Below, piece after piece: positions 50,679 through 59,960 of a stretch of 64,000 bases of DNA. The notes below the pieces were generated by a model. That model worked only from the letters and a program-made list of their open reading frames with translations, made no database searches and was not told where the DNA came from. This DNA is from a virus. Every line of letters begins with the position of its first letter. The first letter of the stretch is position 1. The DNA is taken from positions 1 through 64,000 of the IMG/VR virus record IMGVR_UViG_3300017788_003020; one strand, written 5' to 3'. Both the position numbers and the translations under genes were made by a program.

Positions 50679-51389
50679 ATGTATAATATTGCATATCTTA
50701 GAAACTGTTTGTTTTTTGATATCGAAACAGTAGGGAGATGTCAAACATTTGATGAATGTTTGGAAAAAGAACCTGTCGTAGCTGACATTTGGTTGGAAAA
50801 AGGTTCTATGATGGATAAGTTCAAATCTAACCCAGAGGGATTTTATGAAACTAATGCGGGTCTTTATCCTGAATATGGAAAAATTATTTGTATTTCTTTT
50901 GGGTATTGGGATACATCAGATAAGAAATGGAAAATAGAGTGTCTTGATGAATCCAATATGACTGAAAAAGAAATGCTTTTTGAATTCGGTAAAAGATTAA
51001 ATACTGATTTTAGAAATCATGTTCTTTCAGGGTATAATATCAAAAATTTTGATATCCCATATGTTTACAGAAGAATGCTCGCTAACAAGATACTTCCACC
51101 ATCTCAAATAGATAATGGCGATAAAAAACCATGGGAAGTTAGAGCATATGATTTGTATAGAACTTGGACTGAATCCAGTGGAATAGTTGGAATGTGTAAC
51201 TTTGAATTAGTATGCACATTGATGGGAGTTCCTTCATCAAAGGGCGGTTCAGTTAAAGGTAAGTATGTTTCTAAAGCATATTACGAAGGAAGGATAAAAG
51301 AAATTAGCGAATATTGCGAAAGAGATGTAGAAGCATCTATAAAATTAGCAATAGAATTTTCGGCGGAAAAACTTGAAGAAACAATATAA
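50679..51389 (+). CDS. PolB-like 3'-5' exonuclease (DEDDy)
   Basis: FFDIET, GYNIKNFDIPY, YCERDV; TATATTTG promoter and AAGGAGG RBS. Confidence 0.88.
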   Translation: MYNIAYLRNCLFFDIETVGRCQTFDECLEKEPVVADIWLEKGSMMDKFKSNPEGFYETNAGLYPEYGKIICISFGYWDTSDKKWKIECLDESNMTEKEMLFEFGKRLNTDFRNHVLSGYNIKNFDIPYVYRRMLANKILPPSQIDNGDKKPWEVRAYDLYRTWTESSGIVGMCNFELVCTLMGVPSSKGGSVKGKYVSKAYYEGRIKEISEYCERDVEASIKLAIEFSAEKLEETI

Positions 51390-51422
51390 AAAAGTAGAAC
51401 TTAAATGTTCTCCTTTTTATTT

Positions 51423-52196
51423 TTAAAGTTCATCGAACAGCTCTTTGAAACTTGGAATATTTCTATACTTAGAAAGAGACCAAATTTTTTCAAGTTCTGA
51501 GTATTTAGATGTCTTCAATATATGATTTATTGGTGTATTAGAAGTTGCTCTTTCGATATAAGGACTTTTACCTTTTTTCCAAGCAACATAATTCAAAAGT
51601 TCATATTCGGTGTGCGTATCTTTTGGTATAATATGATATGTGCCTTCTTTTATTTGGGTATGGTTTTCTACTATAGTTTGAATTAAAGAGTTAAGAGCAG
51701 TTTTAGTTATCATTGAACGTTTTATATCAATAGCACCATGATACACTCTATCTTCCGAAAAGTCTATATTGCTAATTGACATTTCATCAAACAATTCATA
51801 TCTTAAAGTCCATACTCTGTTGCTTACAATTTCTTCTTTGGAAATGATTTCTAAAAATTCTTGTTCGGGATTATATTCATCAATTTCTGTAGATTCATTC
51901 CAGTTTGAATTTCCAAATACATATCCAGATGATGTGAAAATAAATTTAAGATTAGGATATGTTTCATACAAAAATTTAGAAACTCCTGAATGAAATACCC
52001 ATGGATAGTTTGTATCATAAATTACCCACTCTATTGAGTTATTACTTTCCAAAGTCTTAATGATAAATTCTTTTGGATTATCATCTGAATAATCTTCATT
52101 AGATACAAAAACACTTGCGTTCCATGGTTTTATTACTTTAGATAGTACAAGAACTTTTATTCCTTCGTTATGATGATGAGTTGGTTCTATCTGCAT
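51423..52196 (-). CDS. Degenerate RmlD-like SDR-fold protein
   Basis: FIFTSSGYVFG, GTYHI, TEYELL; no GxxGxxG or YxxxK. Confidence 0.5.
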   Translation of the reverse strand: MQIEPTHHHNEGIKVLVLSKVIKPWNASVFVSNEDYSDDNPKEFIIKTLESNNSIEWVIYDTNYPWVFHSGVSKFLYETYPNLKFIFTSSGYVFGNSNWNESTEIDEYNPEQEFLEIISKEEIVSNRVWTLRYELFDEMSISNIDFSEDRVYHGAIDIKRSMITKTALNSLIQTIVENHTQIKEGTYHIIPKDTHTEYELLNYVAWKKGKSPYIERATSNTPINHILKTSKYSELEKIWSLSKYRNIPSFKELFDEL

Positions 52197-52232
52197 GAGG
52201 GTATATCCTAACTTTATTACTGGAATTTATAG

Positions 52233-52937
52233 TTATAGTGAATTTTCAGGATTTTGTTCTTCTTCGTTAGGTTCTTCATATTTTAACTTTATAACATCAA
52301 TCTTCTGCTCTGTTATTTCGTCAATTCTTTTTTCTTCTTCAAAAGTTTTTCGAGTTTCTTCTATCTCAGTTGCATTTTTTATAGCCATGAGAAGATTCTT
52401 AGTTCCTCGAAATTTAAGAGACTCTGAATTAACATTTTCAGTGTTTTCAATCGACAGCTTGTTTTGCTCAAATAATTCACTCTTTAAATCTTTATAGTTT
52501 TTCTCCAAAACCATTATAGTTTGGAGTAATTCTTTGGGTAAATTATTTTTTGTTCCTAAAATAGAAGAAAGAGCGGCATACATCTTATAGTCATCATCTC
52601 CAGAATCTATTCTTTCCATGATTTGAATTACCGCAACATCACTCACAGCTTTTTTCCAAAGAATTTCAGATAAGGCTATTGAATCTATATTCAATCTCTG
52701 TTGAATCTTTGGGTCGAGCATATTTTCATTTGTGACATAAGATTCACAAAATGCTTCTATGATTGGTCTAACACTTTGATTAGTTTCATCAAGAAGTTTT
52801 CTGAAATCTGTAAAACCAACCTTTGGTTTTGTAACAGATTGCATGATTTTAGGGTCTTGGCGTATTTTTCCTTGGAGGTCTTGATTTACCTTTTCAAGTT
52901 CTCTAAGTATGTCTATTTCTTGACTATTTGAATCCAT
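52233..52937 (-). CDS. Helical hypothetical phage protein
   Basis: ORF. Confidence 0.65.
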   Translation of the reverse strand: MDSNSQEIDILRELEKVNQDLQGKIRQDPKIMQSVTKPKVGFTDFRKLLDETNQSVRPIIEAFCESYVTNENMLDPKIQQRLNIDSIALSEILWKKAVSDVAVIQIMERIDSGDDDYKMYAALSSILGTKNNLPKELLQTIMVLEKNYKDLKSELFEQNKLSIENTENVNSESLKFRGTKNLLMAIKNATEIEETRKTFEEEKRIDEITEQKIDVIKLKYEEPNEEEQNPENSL

Positions 52938-52968
52938 ATTGTAACCTTTCTTTAACTATTATATAAAA

Positions 52969-54939
52969 TTATAGCAATTTGTTTGGATGCCCACCAACGT
53001 AAGGCAATTTAATTCTTGGTATTGCATTATCTATGATTAAAGATTGATTAGAATCTGCAACTATTGATTCATTCAAGAATTTTTGCATCTTTTCAGGTTC
53101 AATAGTAACTGACATCAATCTTAGATTTGTAATCTTCATATAACTTGCAGGTAACTTATACTTGTAAACATGAGATACATCTGTTACTGCAATATCATTA
53201 TAGGTGTATTCATATAAAACATCCATATCTGTAGTTGTAGGCATATTTGTAGCAGGACTCCACTTTCTTTTTAAGATGCTCAAAGAAACTTGCTTATATT
53301 TTGCTGAATAATTAAATACCAAACAATACCAAGTATCGAGCTCTAACTTGTTAGGCAAAACGAAATTATAATCTATAGTTCCTATTCTTGCTAAAAAGAA
53401 CCTACCTTCATGTGATTGTAAAACCACACCTTTATTAGTATAAATTCCATCTATGAAAACATTTGGTAAGTTCTTTCTTACTTTAACGCCAACATAAAAT
53501 TCCCATCCTGTAAAATTACCGTCTACATAGGCTTTTACCTCTGGTTCAATGCTTATTCTAACTTTGTTAGCGGCTATTTTTTGAATGACTACTCCCCATA
53601 GTGAAAACCCACTATCTGCTTTTGAGAAGGTGACGACTTCTCCTAATTTTGCGCCAATATCGGCATTTGTTGTAATAATATATTCAAGACCATATTCTTC
53701 AATATTTGTTACGCTTCTAACGATAGTCGTTGGGTTTTTAAGTAAAAACCAACAAGTAAATGCCCTTTCTGCACTTGTATCCCACGAAACAGGAACGAGA
53801 TAATCTACCATAGTTCTCGTAACTCCTTCTTTATCAATAGGAGATGCGCTTAAATCATATCTATAATGTGATATAAGTGTATGATAATTGAGTAGGTCTC
53901 TTTCTTCTATTTGTAGATTTGGGTCAATATAGTCTCTAACTTTATCTGAACGCCTTGTTGCGATTGTAAACTGTTGTTCATTCGTTATTTTATCTATTTC
54001 ATTATCAAGAGCAACACCGAATAACTCTTCTGTTGAATTTGATAATTGGTCTATTTCCGACAATAAGCTTTCATCTTTAATAACATTTGCTTTATCAGCA
54101 TACTTAACAAGAGAAACTATAAAGTATAAGTCTTTATACATGAAATCTCTATGTGGATAAGAAGAAGATACTTCATATAAACGATTTGTAATAGGAAGAT
54201 AAATGATATCTCTTTTTTGAGGCATTAGTCCTTTTCCAAAAAATGCTTCAAAATATCTTTTGTCTATATGAACTAAAAATGGCTCTTCATAATCAATATT
54301 AAATGGATTAAAATTTAATTTTGAATCTGGGAATTGATTCTGAGGAACCATAATTTTAAGACACTTATAGTCTTTCGATGATTGATATATGCCATATTCT
54401 TTAAGTATAACATCCAAAGAACGCATTTGTGGGGTTACACGAATATAAGCGGCATTGTGACCAAATATCTTATTTATATTTAAGGATAGATTCTTTTGAA
54501 GCTCAAGGCCTAAATTAACGGCATATGGGTCAAATGAAAAATCGTTTAAGAAAGCTGTTCCGCGAGAGTTACCAACGCTAAAGGCATTCACTGGCGTTGG
54601 CATAAAGCTATCTCTTGGGTCTGGGACTGTTGTTGTAATAAGTTTCCCTATGCTATTTATAGTTATCGGAGAACCCGATGCGAGGATATATTTAAGTTGT
54701 AAATATAATATATCTTCGCCTACAACATCTATGTTTTGAAGGTTCGTTAAGTTAAATTCTATCCAAGCAGACCAAGTATCTTGGTCATAACTCCAACGAA
54801 GTTGGCGGTCTATAGAAGTTCCGTCATAATCATCATATTGTATATCTTCATCTATTTGATAAGTTTCAATCTTATCAAGATTTGTATAACTTTGGGTTAG
54901 AACTATATAATCACCAGGAAGTGATAGATATGATGCCAT
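52969..54939 (-). CDS. Neck/head-closure (gp14-like) domain protein with extra beta domains
   Basis: HIDK.YFE..FG...PQKRDIIYLP..NRLYEV; GATATATA (minus) at 54966. Confidence 0.65.
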   Translation of the reverse strand: MASYLSLPGDYIVLTQSYTNLDKIETYQIDEDIQYDDYDGTSIDRQLRWSYDQDTWSAWIEFNLTNLQNIDVVGEDILYLQLKYILASGSPITINSIGKLITTTVPDPRDSFMPTPVNAFSVGNSRGTAFLNDFSFDPYAVNLGLELQKNLSLNINKIFGHNAAYIRVTPQMRSLDVILKEYGIYQSSKDYKCLKIMVPQNQFPDSKLNFNPFNIDYEEPFLVHIDKRYFEAFFGKGLMPQKRDIIYLPITNRLYEVSSSYPHRDFMYKDLYFIVSLVKYADKANVIKDESLLSEIDQLSNSTEELFGVALDNEIDKITNEQQFTIATRRSDKVRDYIDPNLQIEERDLLNYHTLISHYRYDLSASPIDKEGVTRTMVDYLVPVSWDTSAERAFTCWFLLKNPTTIVRSVTNIEEYGLEYIITTNADIGAKLGEVVTFSKADSGFSLWGVVIQKIAANKVRISIEPEVKAYVDGNFTGWEFYVGVKVRKNLPNVFIDGIYTNKGVVLQSHEGRFFLARIGTIDYNFVLPNKLELDTWYCLVFNYSAKYKQVSLSILKRKWSPATNMPTTTDMDVLYEYTYNDIAVTDVSHVYKYKLPASYMKITNLRLMSVTIEPEKMQKFLNESIVADSNQSLIIDNAIPRIKLPYVGGHPNKLL

Positions 54940-55090
54940 TTTGATTAAATATAATATTACCCCTCTATATATCTTATATTTTTAAGTGTTTGTATATTCC
55001 ACAGTAAAAACTTCAGGTTAGAACTTTAACATGGTGTAAGCAAAATATGCTAAATTTTAGATATATAAATCTCAAATTAATAGAATAACT

Positions 55091-55270
55091 ATGAATTATC
55101 TTGAATTATTCGAAAAATGGTCTGAAAAATACAAGAAGAGCATAAATTGCAAAAACCCCAAGGGATTTTCTCAAAGGGCTCACTGTGCAGGAAGGAAAAA
55201 GAAAGCTCGTAAAAAATTGAAGAATTATGAGTCTTGGGTTATAGAAAATTATTATCTAAAGCAAACTTGA
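55091..55270 (+). CDS. 59-aa leader-bearing protein with KWS.KYK.SI.C.NPKGFSQRAHC motif (below track cutoff)
   Basis: MNYLELFEKWSEKYKKSINCKNPKGFSQRAHCAGRKKKARKKLKNYESWVIENYYLKQT; GATATATA at 55060. Confidence 0.8.
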   Translation: MNYLELFEKWSEKYKKSINCKNPKGFSQRAHCAGRKKKARKKLKNYESWVIENYYLKQT

Positions 55271-55846
55271 TATATTAGAATTACTCTTATTTAATCCCGT
55301 AGTTTTACTTAATAATGGTGTTATATCAACTACAGCCCCATATTCAATAAATACATCAAAAAATTTAGAATAATTATCACCCCAGTATGTCATGGCACAA
55401 GCCATAGGAGCGCCCTTTCCAACATCTTTTCCATTTTCTAAAAAGCGCAGTCTTGTATCATATAGAAAACATATAGATTTAGCCTTACTAAAAACATAAT
55501 TTTTCCAATGGGATGTATTAGAAGCAACAGGTATTAGTGCTAAAACTTCTGAATTATATTTTTCATTGGCAAACGCACACTTTTCAAGCCAATGCTTAAT
55601 AGATGTTTTTCTAATTTTGTCTATACCATATGGGGGATTGACATAGATTGATGGATAATTCCATTGCTCTTTAAGTCCATCATGTTTAGGTAGTCTATAT
55701 TCAACAATAGCATTTACTATTGAGTATTCATTAGAACATGGGTCTAAGTGTATTTTACCGCCAAAAAATTTTCTTACAGCGTTTACATATTTTTCAGGCG
55801 TGCCCCAACTTTGACTTTTAGTATTTATTTTTCGACCTGCACTCAT
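55256..55846 (-). CDS. Phage DNA N6-adenine methyltransferase
   Basis: W.TP, LDPC, DGL..W, YVNPPY, R..F. Confidence 0.88.
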   Translation of the reverse strand: MSAGRKINTKSQSWGTPEKYVNAVRKFFGGKIHLDPCSNEYSIVNAIVEYRLPKHDGLKEQWNYPSIYVNPPYGIDKIRKTSIKHWLEKCAFANEKYNSEVLALIPVASNTSHWKNYVFSKAKSICFLYDTRLRFLENGKDVGKGAPMACAMTYWGDNYSKFFDVFIEYGAVVDITPLLSKTTGLNKSNSNISSLL

Positions 55847-55868
55847 TATAGATGTATTAAGATTTGAA

Positions 55869-56561
55869 TTAAATATCTCTTGGTTGCATTATAGCCGAGT
55901 CTCTTTCTTTTTTACCGTCAATAAAAAATACATCAAACGGAGTTTGTTTTCTTAGTTCTTTTTCAAAAACAACAACACTATCGTGATAATGAATCCCAGA
56001 AATTGTATTTGCATAATACTTATTCTCTGTTTCTGGATTATCAAAATGATAAGCGGTTAAGTGGTCTATTAAATTTTTAGTAAATTCCACCATAGTATGA
56101 GGTTCTCTAAATCCACCACCATAATATGACCAATAAGATGTATGAGTATCTTCTATAAAATAAATTCCACCATCGTTTATGATAGGAAAAAGCCATGTGA
56201 AAGAATTTATCACATGTTCATTCAGATGGCTACCATCATCTATGATGATATCAAAACTTCCATATTTTTGTATAATTCTATCTATATCATCTTTACTGTT
56301 TTGACTACCTATAAAAACTTCTATATTTTCACCAGAATGTTCTAAACAATTTGAGTCTATATCTAATCCAACTATTAAGGAGTTTTTACCGAAATAATTT
56401 TTCCACATTCTAAGTGAGCCCCCACCGCTCACGCCTATTTCTAATAGACGGATGTCTTTATCCTTAAACTTTGAGAAATATTTTCTGTAAAGTTCAAAAT
56501 AATGGTTCCACTTGTGGACAAGTCTGCCCTCTGTATTCCCTAAAAAATCTAAATTTTCCAT
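55869..56561 (-). CDS. Class I SAM methyltransferase (sugar O-methyltransferase-like)
   Basis: HKW.HYF..Y, LLEIGV..GGSL.MW, GSQ, IIDDGSH, IED. Confidence 0.88.
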   Translation of the reverse strand: MENLDFLGNTEGRLVHKWNHYFELYRKYFSKFKDKDIRLLEIGVSGGGSLRMWKNYFGKNSLIVGLDIDSNCLEHSGENIEVFIGSQNSKDDIDRIIQKYGSFDIIIDDGSHLNEHVINSFTWLFPIINDGGIYFIEDTHTSYWSYYGGGFREPHTMVEFTKNLIDHLTAYHFDNPETENKYYANTISGIHYHDSVVVFEKELRKQTPFDVFFIDGKKERDSAIMQPRDI

Positions 56562-56573
56562 ATATTTTTTACT

Positions 56574-57032
56574 TTAGAATAGTCTTCCTATTTTTTTATT
56601 TTTGAATATTTTATAATCAACATTTAATTCGTTTAAGAGCTCTTCTTTGAATTTTACTGGGATTGCATTAAAAAACTGGGAAAGATTAATCTTTAGAATT
56701 TCTGATGTTTTATTGATAAGTTCAACTCTTGACCACTCTAAATTTTTAGTATTTGCATGTACAAAAACATATAATTCAGATAGATGGTTTTTTGGAAATT
56801 TCTTTTGCTCAACTAAATAGTGAGCAAATTCTGATTTTTCTATTATCTCTACAAGGTGGTCTTCTAATCTGGATTTTCTATCATACTCTTGTGGGTCAGT
56901 GCAATAGTCCATATAATCATTAACAAAGACGGAATCGAGAGTATTGCTTGAATTTGCAGTGAACTCAATATTGCTTTGGTTATAATCATTATCTAAGATT
57001 TTATCTCCTCTTTTATACTTCGAATTGCTCAT
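56574..57032 (-). CDS. Hypothetical protein in replication operon
   Basis: ORF. Confidence 0.7.
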   Translation of the reverse strand: MSNSKYKRGDKILDNDYNQSNIEFTANSSNTLDSVFVNDYMDYCTDPQEYDRKSRLEDHLVEIIEKSEFAHYLVEQKKFPKNHLSELYVFVHANTKNLEWSRVELINKTSEILKINLSQFFNAIPVKFKEELLNELNVDYKIFKNKKIGRLF

Positions 57033-57049
57033 ATTTATTTCCTTTATTT

Positions 57050-58369
57050 TTATTCCAAATCTTGTGTTATTTCAGACTCATCATCCTCAACAATTCTCAT
57101 TAAGCTATAATTAACATTAAATCTCTTTCTGAAATTTTTAGCTTGTGCATGTCTTGTCAATAAGGCTTTAATGATATAACTTTGTTCACTATACATAAGA
57201 GGGTCTTGGATGATTGCACCCATGAAATCAACAGTATGAGCAAGAGAAGCACCTTCTGCTATGTTTGTTATATTGATATTTGTAGAAGCAAATGCTCCTC
57301 TATTTACCTGCATAGCAGTAACTACACACCATTTATTTTTTTGACCCATAGCTCTAAGGTCTTCAGAAATATGCTTGATTTTTATATATGTATTTTCTGA
57401 GTTGGGAATACGCCAATTTTTTACAATCCCGATATAATCAATAACAACCACATCAAATTGTATACCATGCAATTCCTGTTCTCTTTTAAGATAAGATTCA
57501 AAGTCAAGTACAGAAGCAGTTGACATTGGAAATTCTTTTATGAAAAGCTGACCTGGGATTATAAAGTTTGATGTTGAATTTTCAAACTTAAACTCCTTTA
57601 TCTTCTGTTTCATGGTTGCAGAATCTTCAGCTGATTCTGAATATTCATCCATGGAAAGATTCAGAAGATTAGCTCCACATCTTTGTGTAATATCAAAATC
57701 TTGCAATTCAAGTGTTATGTAACATACATTGTGTCCATTTCTAACCGCATTACAAGCAAGATTTACAAGCCAAACGCTTTTTCCAACTTTAGGTTCACCA
57801 AGCAAAACAACTAAATTACCATAACCATAACCGCCACCCATCACAACATCAAAGAAATCATAGCCAGTTTTGAACCTTTCTATTCTTTTTGATTTGTGAG
57901 AATCAGCATTATAGAAGTCCAAACCTCCATTAAAATCTAACCCTAATGAATCTCCTTCACTTACGGTTTTTTTAAGAGTATGGACAAAGTCGTTTATGTT
58001 TTCTGTATTGACTTCGGTTGTTTGAGCATAATCAACCGCACTTTCAAGTTTAATAAGTATGTTTCTATATTCAAGAAAAGTATGAAAATTCTCTTTCAAC
58101 CATTCTTGGTCATACTCATTTATGTCAGTATCAAAAACAGAATCTACCGCTTCGTTGCTAATTTTATCCGTTATTTTCTTAGCAATAAGAAGATGCTCGA
58201 ATTGCTTTTTCGTAGGGACTTTGTTATATCTTTCGAAAAAGCTTTTGACTACCTTAAAAAAATGTTGGTATTCTTTAATTCTAAAGAACTCTGGATTTAT
58301 CTTGTGTAGATAATCAGGATTTTCTATGGTATATCTTAGATATAAACGCTCAAATTGAGTAGATTCCAT
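57050..58369 (-). CDS. Replicative DnaB-like helicase (T4 gp41-like)
   Basis: GEPKVGKS, YITLE, IKEFP, IDYIG, TAMQVNR. Confidence 0.93.
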   Translation of the reverse strand: MESTQFERLYLRYTIENPDYLHKINPEFFRIKEYQHFFKVVKSFFERYNKVPTKKQFEHLLIAKKITDKISNEAVDSVFDTDINEYDQEWLKENFHTFLEYRNILIKLESAVDYAQTTEVNTENINDFVHTLKKTVSEGDSLGLDFNGGLDFYNADSHKSKRIERFKTGYDFFDVVMGGGYGYGNLVVLLGEPKVGKSVWLVNLACNAVRNGHNVCYITLELQDFDITQRCGANLLNLSMDEYSESAEDSATMKQKIKEFKFENSTSNFIIPGQLFIKEFPMSTASVLDFESYLKREQELHGIQFDVVVIDYIGIVKNWRIPNSENTYIKIKHISEDLRAMGQKNKWCVVTAMQVNRGAFASTNINITNIAEGASLAHTVDFMGAIIQDPLMYSEQSYIIKALLTRHAQAKNFRKRFNVNYSLMRIVEDDESEITQDLE

Positions 58370-58377
58370 TATGTATT

Positions 58378-58656
58378 TTATTCCCAGCCATGTTTTAGCA
58401 TCTGGAAGTTTTCATCATCCATTTGCTTCAAAAATTGTTTTTTGCAAAGTTTTGATGTAAGCATCTCTAACTTTTCTTCATCATTGGATAATATCTCCAA
58501 TATCTTTTTTCTACTTATAACATCTTTATCTTGATGTTCAAGATATCTTGCAATTTCATACAAAACACCTTCTTCATCGGGCCATTTTTTTGTTTTTCTA
58601 TGAATCTTCAATTCATATTTAACGGGTATTTTTTGTGGGTCTAATGGTATTCCCAT
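58378..58656 (-). CDS. Small winged-helix-like protein
   Basis: ORF between UvsX and helicase; start MGIPLD. Confidence 0.55.
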   Translation of the reverse strand: MGIPLDPQKIPVKYELKIHRKTKKWPDEEGVLYEIARYLEHQDKDVISRKKILEILSNDEEKLEMLTSKLCKKQFLKQMDDENFQMLKHGWE

Positions 58657-58657
58657 A

Positions 58658-59950
58658 TTATTCCTCATCACCATCATCATTGACAGAATCAATACCTAAT
58701 TGTTCCAAGTCTTCATCTAAAGCAACAAATTCATCATCATTGATAGCTTCAGGAAGTAAGAAGATTCCAGCCATCTTTTTATCTAATGCTTCTAATACTT
58801 CAGGTGTGAAAACATGCTTTGTAAACAAATCTTTTGCAGAGCGGATGTTTTTACCCAGATGTCTAACTGCCCATGTTTTTGAATTATCATCTGCAACAAA
58901 CTCAATTTCATTTGTTTCTATTTCTTCAAACTTGGGCTTTCCTCTGTAAATAACCTGCTCTCCATTTTCATCAAGAACTGGTCTCTTTTCAATCTTTTTA
59001 GTCAAACTTCCTTTTTGGATTCCACAAGTTTCCCAATCAACATAGTTTTCCAAGAAGATGTATTTATTCATACCAGTAAAGAAGTTGATTTGCATCTTAA
59101 TTGGAATAGGTCTTGTAAATCTTGACTTATCAAGTTTTGATGTTACAATGATACCAGTTTGAGACATATTTGCTTCTTTTGATTGCTTGGTTTCTTCTTT
59201 CAACTTTGCTTTTGATAAGATAATGTTGACGGAAGGATTATACATAACACCGCTACCACCTGCAATTTTATCAGTTGGAACATAAGCTGTTGTATCTGTA
59301 TAAGTATGATTCACAAAAAGAATAGGAACATTTAGTTTACCAGATTGAACAGTAACTGTTCTGAACAGAGATTTGATTTCAGAAGGTCTTGTCATATCTC
59401 TCTTATGTTCACCTAATTTAGAATCGGCTTCTTCTTTTGCAGTTTTTAAGTTACCGATTGAGTCAATTATGATGATAAATTTACCTGGGTCTTTTTTTGC
59501 TTTTTGAGCATCTTTCATTGCTTCAAAAATTTCAATAATTTGATGTTTTACATTATGAATAACATCTTCTGGAATAAGAGTAAATTCATTAGTATCAATA
59601 CCAAACTTCGATACGTGGTTTTCATCAATTGCAAATTCTGTATCAAAATACAAAACGTGATAGCCTATTTTTTGAGCTTCTCTTGCCATATTTAGAGCAA
59701 GATAAGTTTTACCAGTTCCAGACGGGCCACTGATTCCAATGATTCTGTTTGAAGGAATACCTTTGTAAATAGAACCAGAAATCTGACAGTTAAGAGCAAA
59801 ATTTCCAGTAGGAATCCACTCTTTAATTTCACCAAAAGCAGATTCGCTAATTAAAGCAGCATCTGGATTCATTTTTTTTAATCTTGATAAAATAGAACCT
59901 TTTGCAGATTTAGCTCCATCCTGTGATTGTTCTTCTTTTTGCTTAGCCAT
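58658..59950 (-). CDS. uvsX: RecA-like recombinase (UvsX)
   Basis: GPSGTGKT, FDTE, IDSIG, DMTR, NHTY, GGSG. Confidence 0.93.
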   Translation of the reverse strand: MAKQKEEQSQDGAKSAKGSILSRLKKMNPDAALISESAFGEIKEWIPTGNFALNCQISGSIYKGIPSNRIIGISGPSGTGKTYLALNMAREAQKIGYHVLYFDTEFAIDENHVSKFGIDTNEFTLIPEDVIHNVKHQIIEIFEAMKDAQKAKKDPGKFIIIIDSIGNLKTAKEEADSKLGEHKRDMTRPSEIKSLFRTVTVQSGKLNVPILFVNHTYTDTTAYVPTDKIAGGSGVMYNPSVNIILSKAKLKEETKQSKEANMSQTGIIVTSKLDKSRFTRPIPIKMQINFFTGMNKYIFLENYVDWETCGIQKGSLTKKIEKRPVLDENGEQVIYRGKPKFEEIETNEIEFVADDNSKTWAVRHLGKNIRSAKDLFTKHVFTPEVLEALDKKMAGIFLLPEAINDDEFVALDEDLEQLGIDSVNDDGDEE

Positions 59951-59960
59951 AATATTTTCT

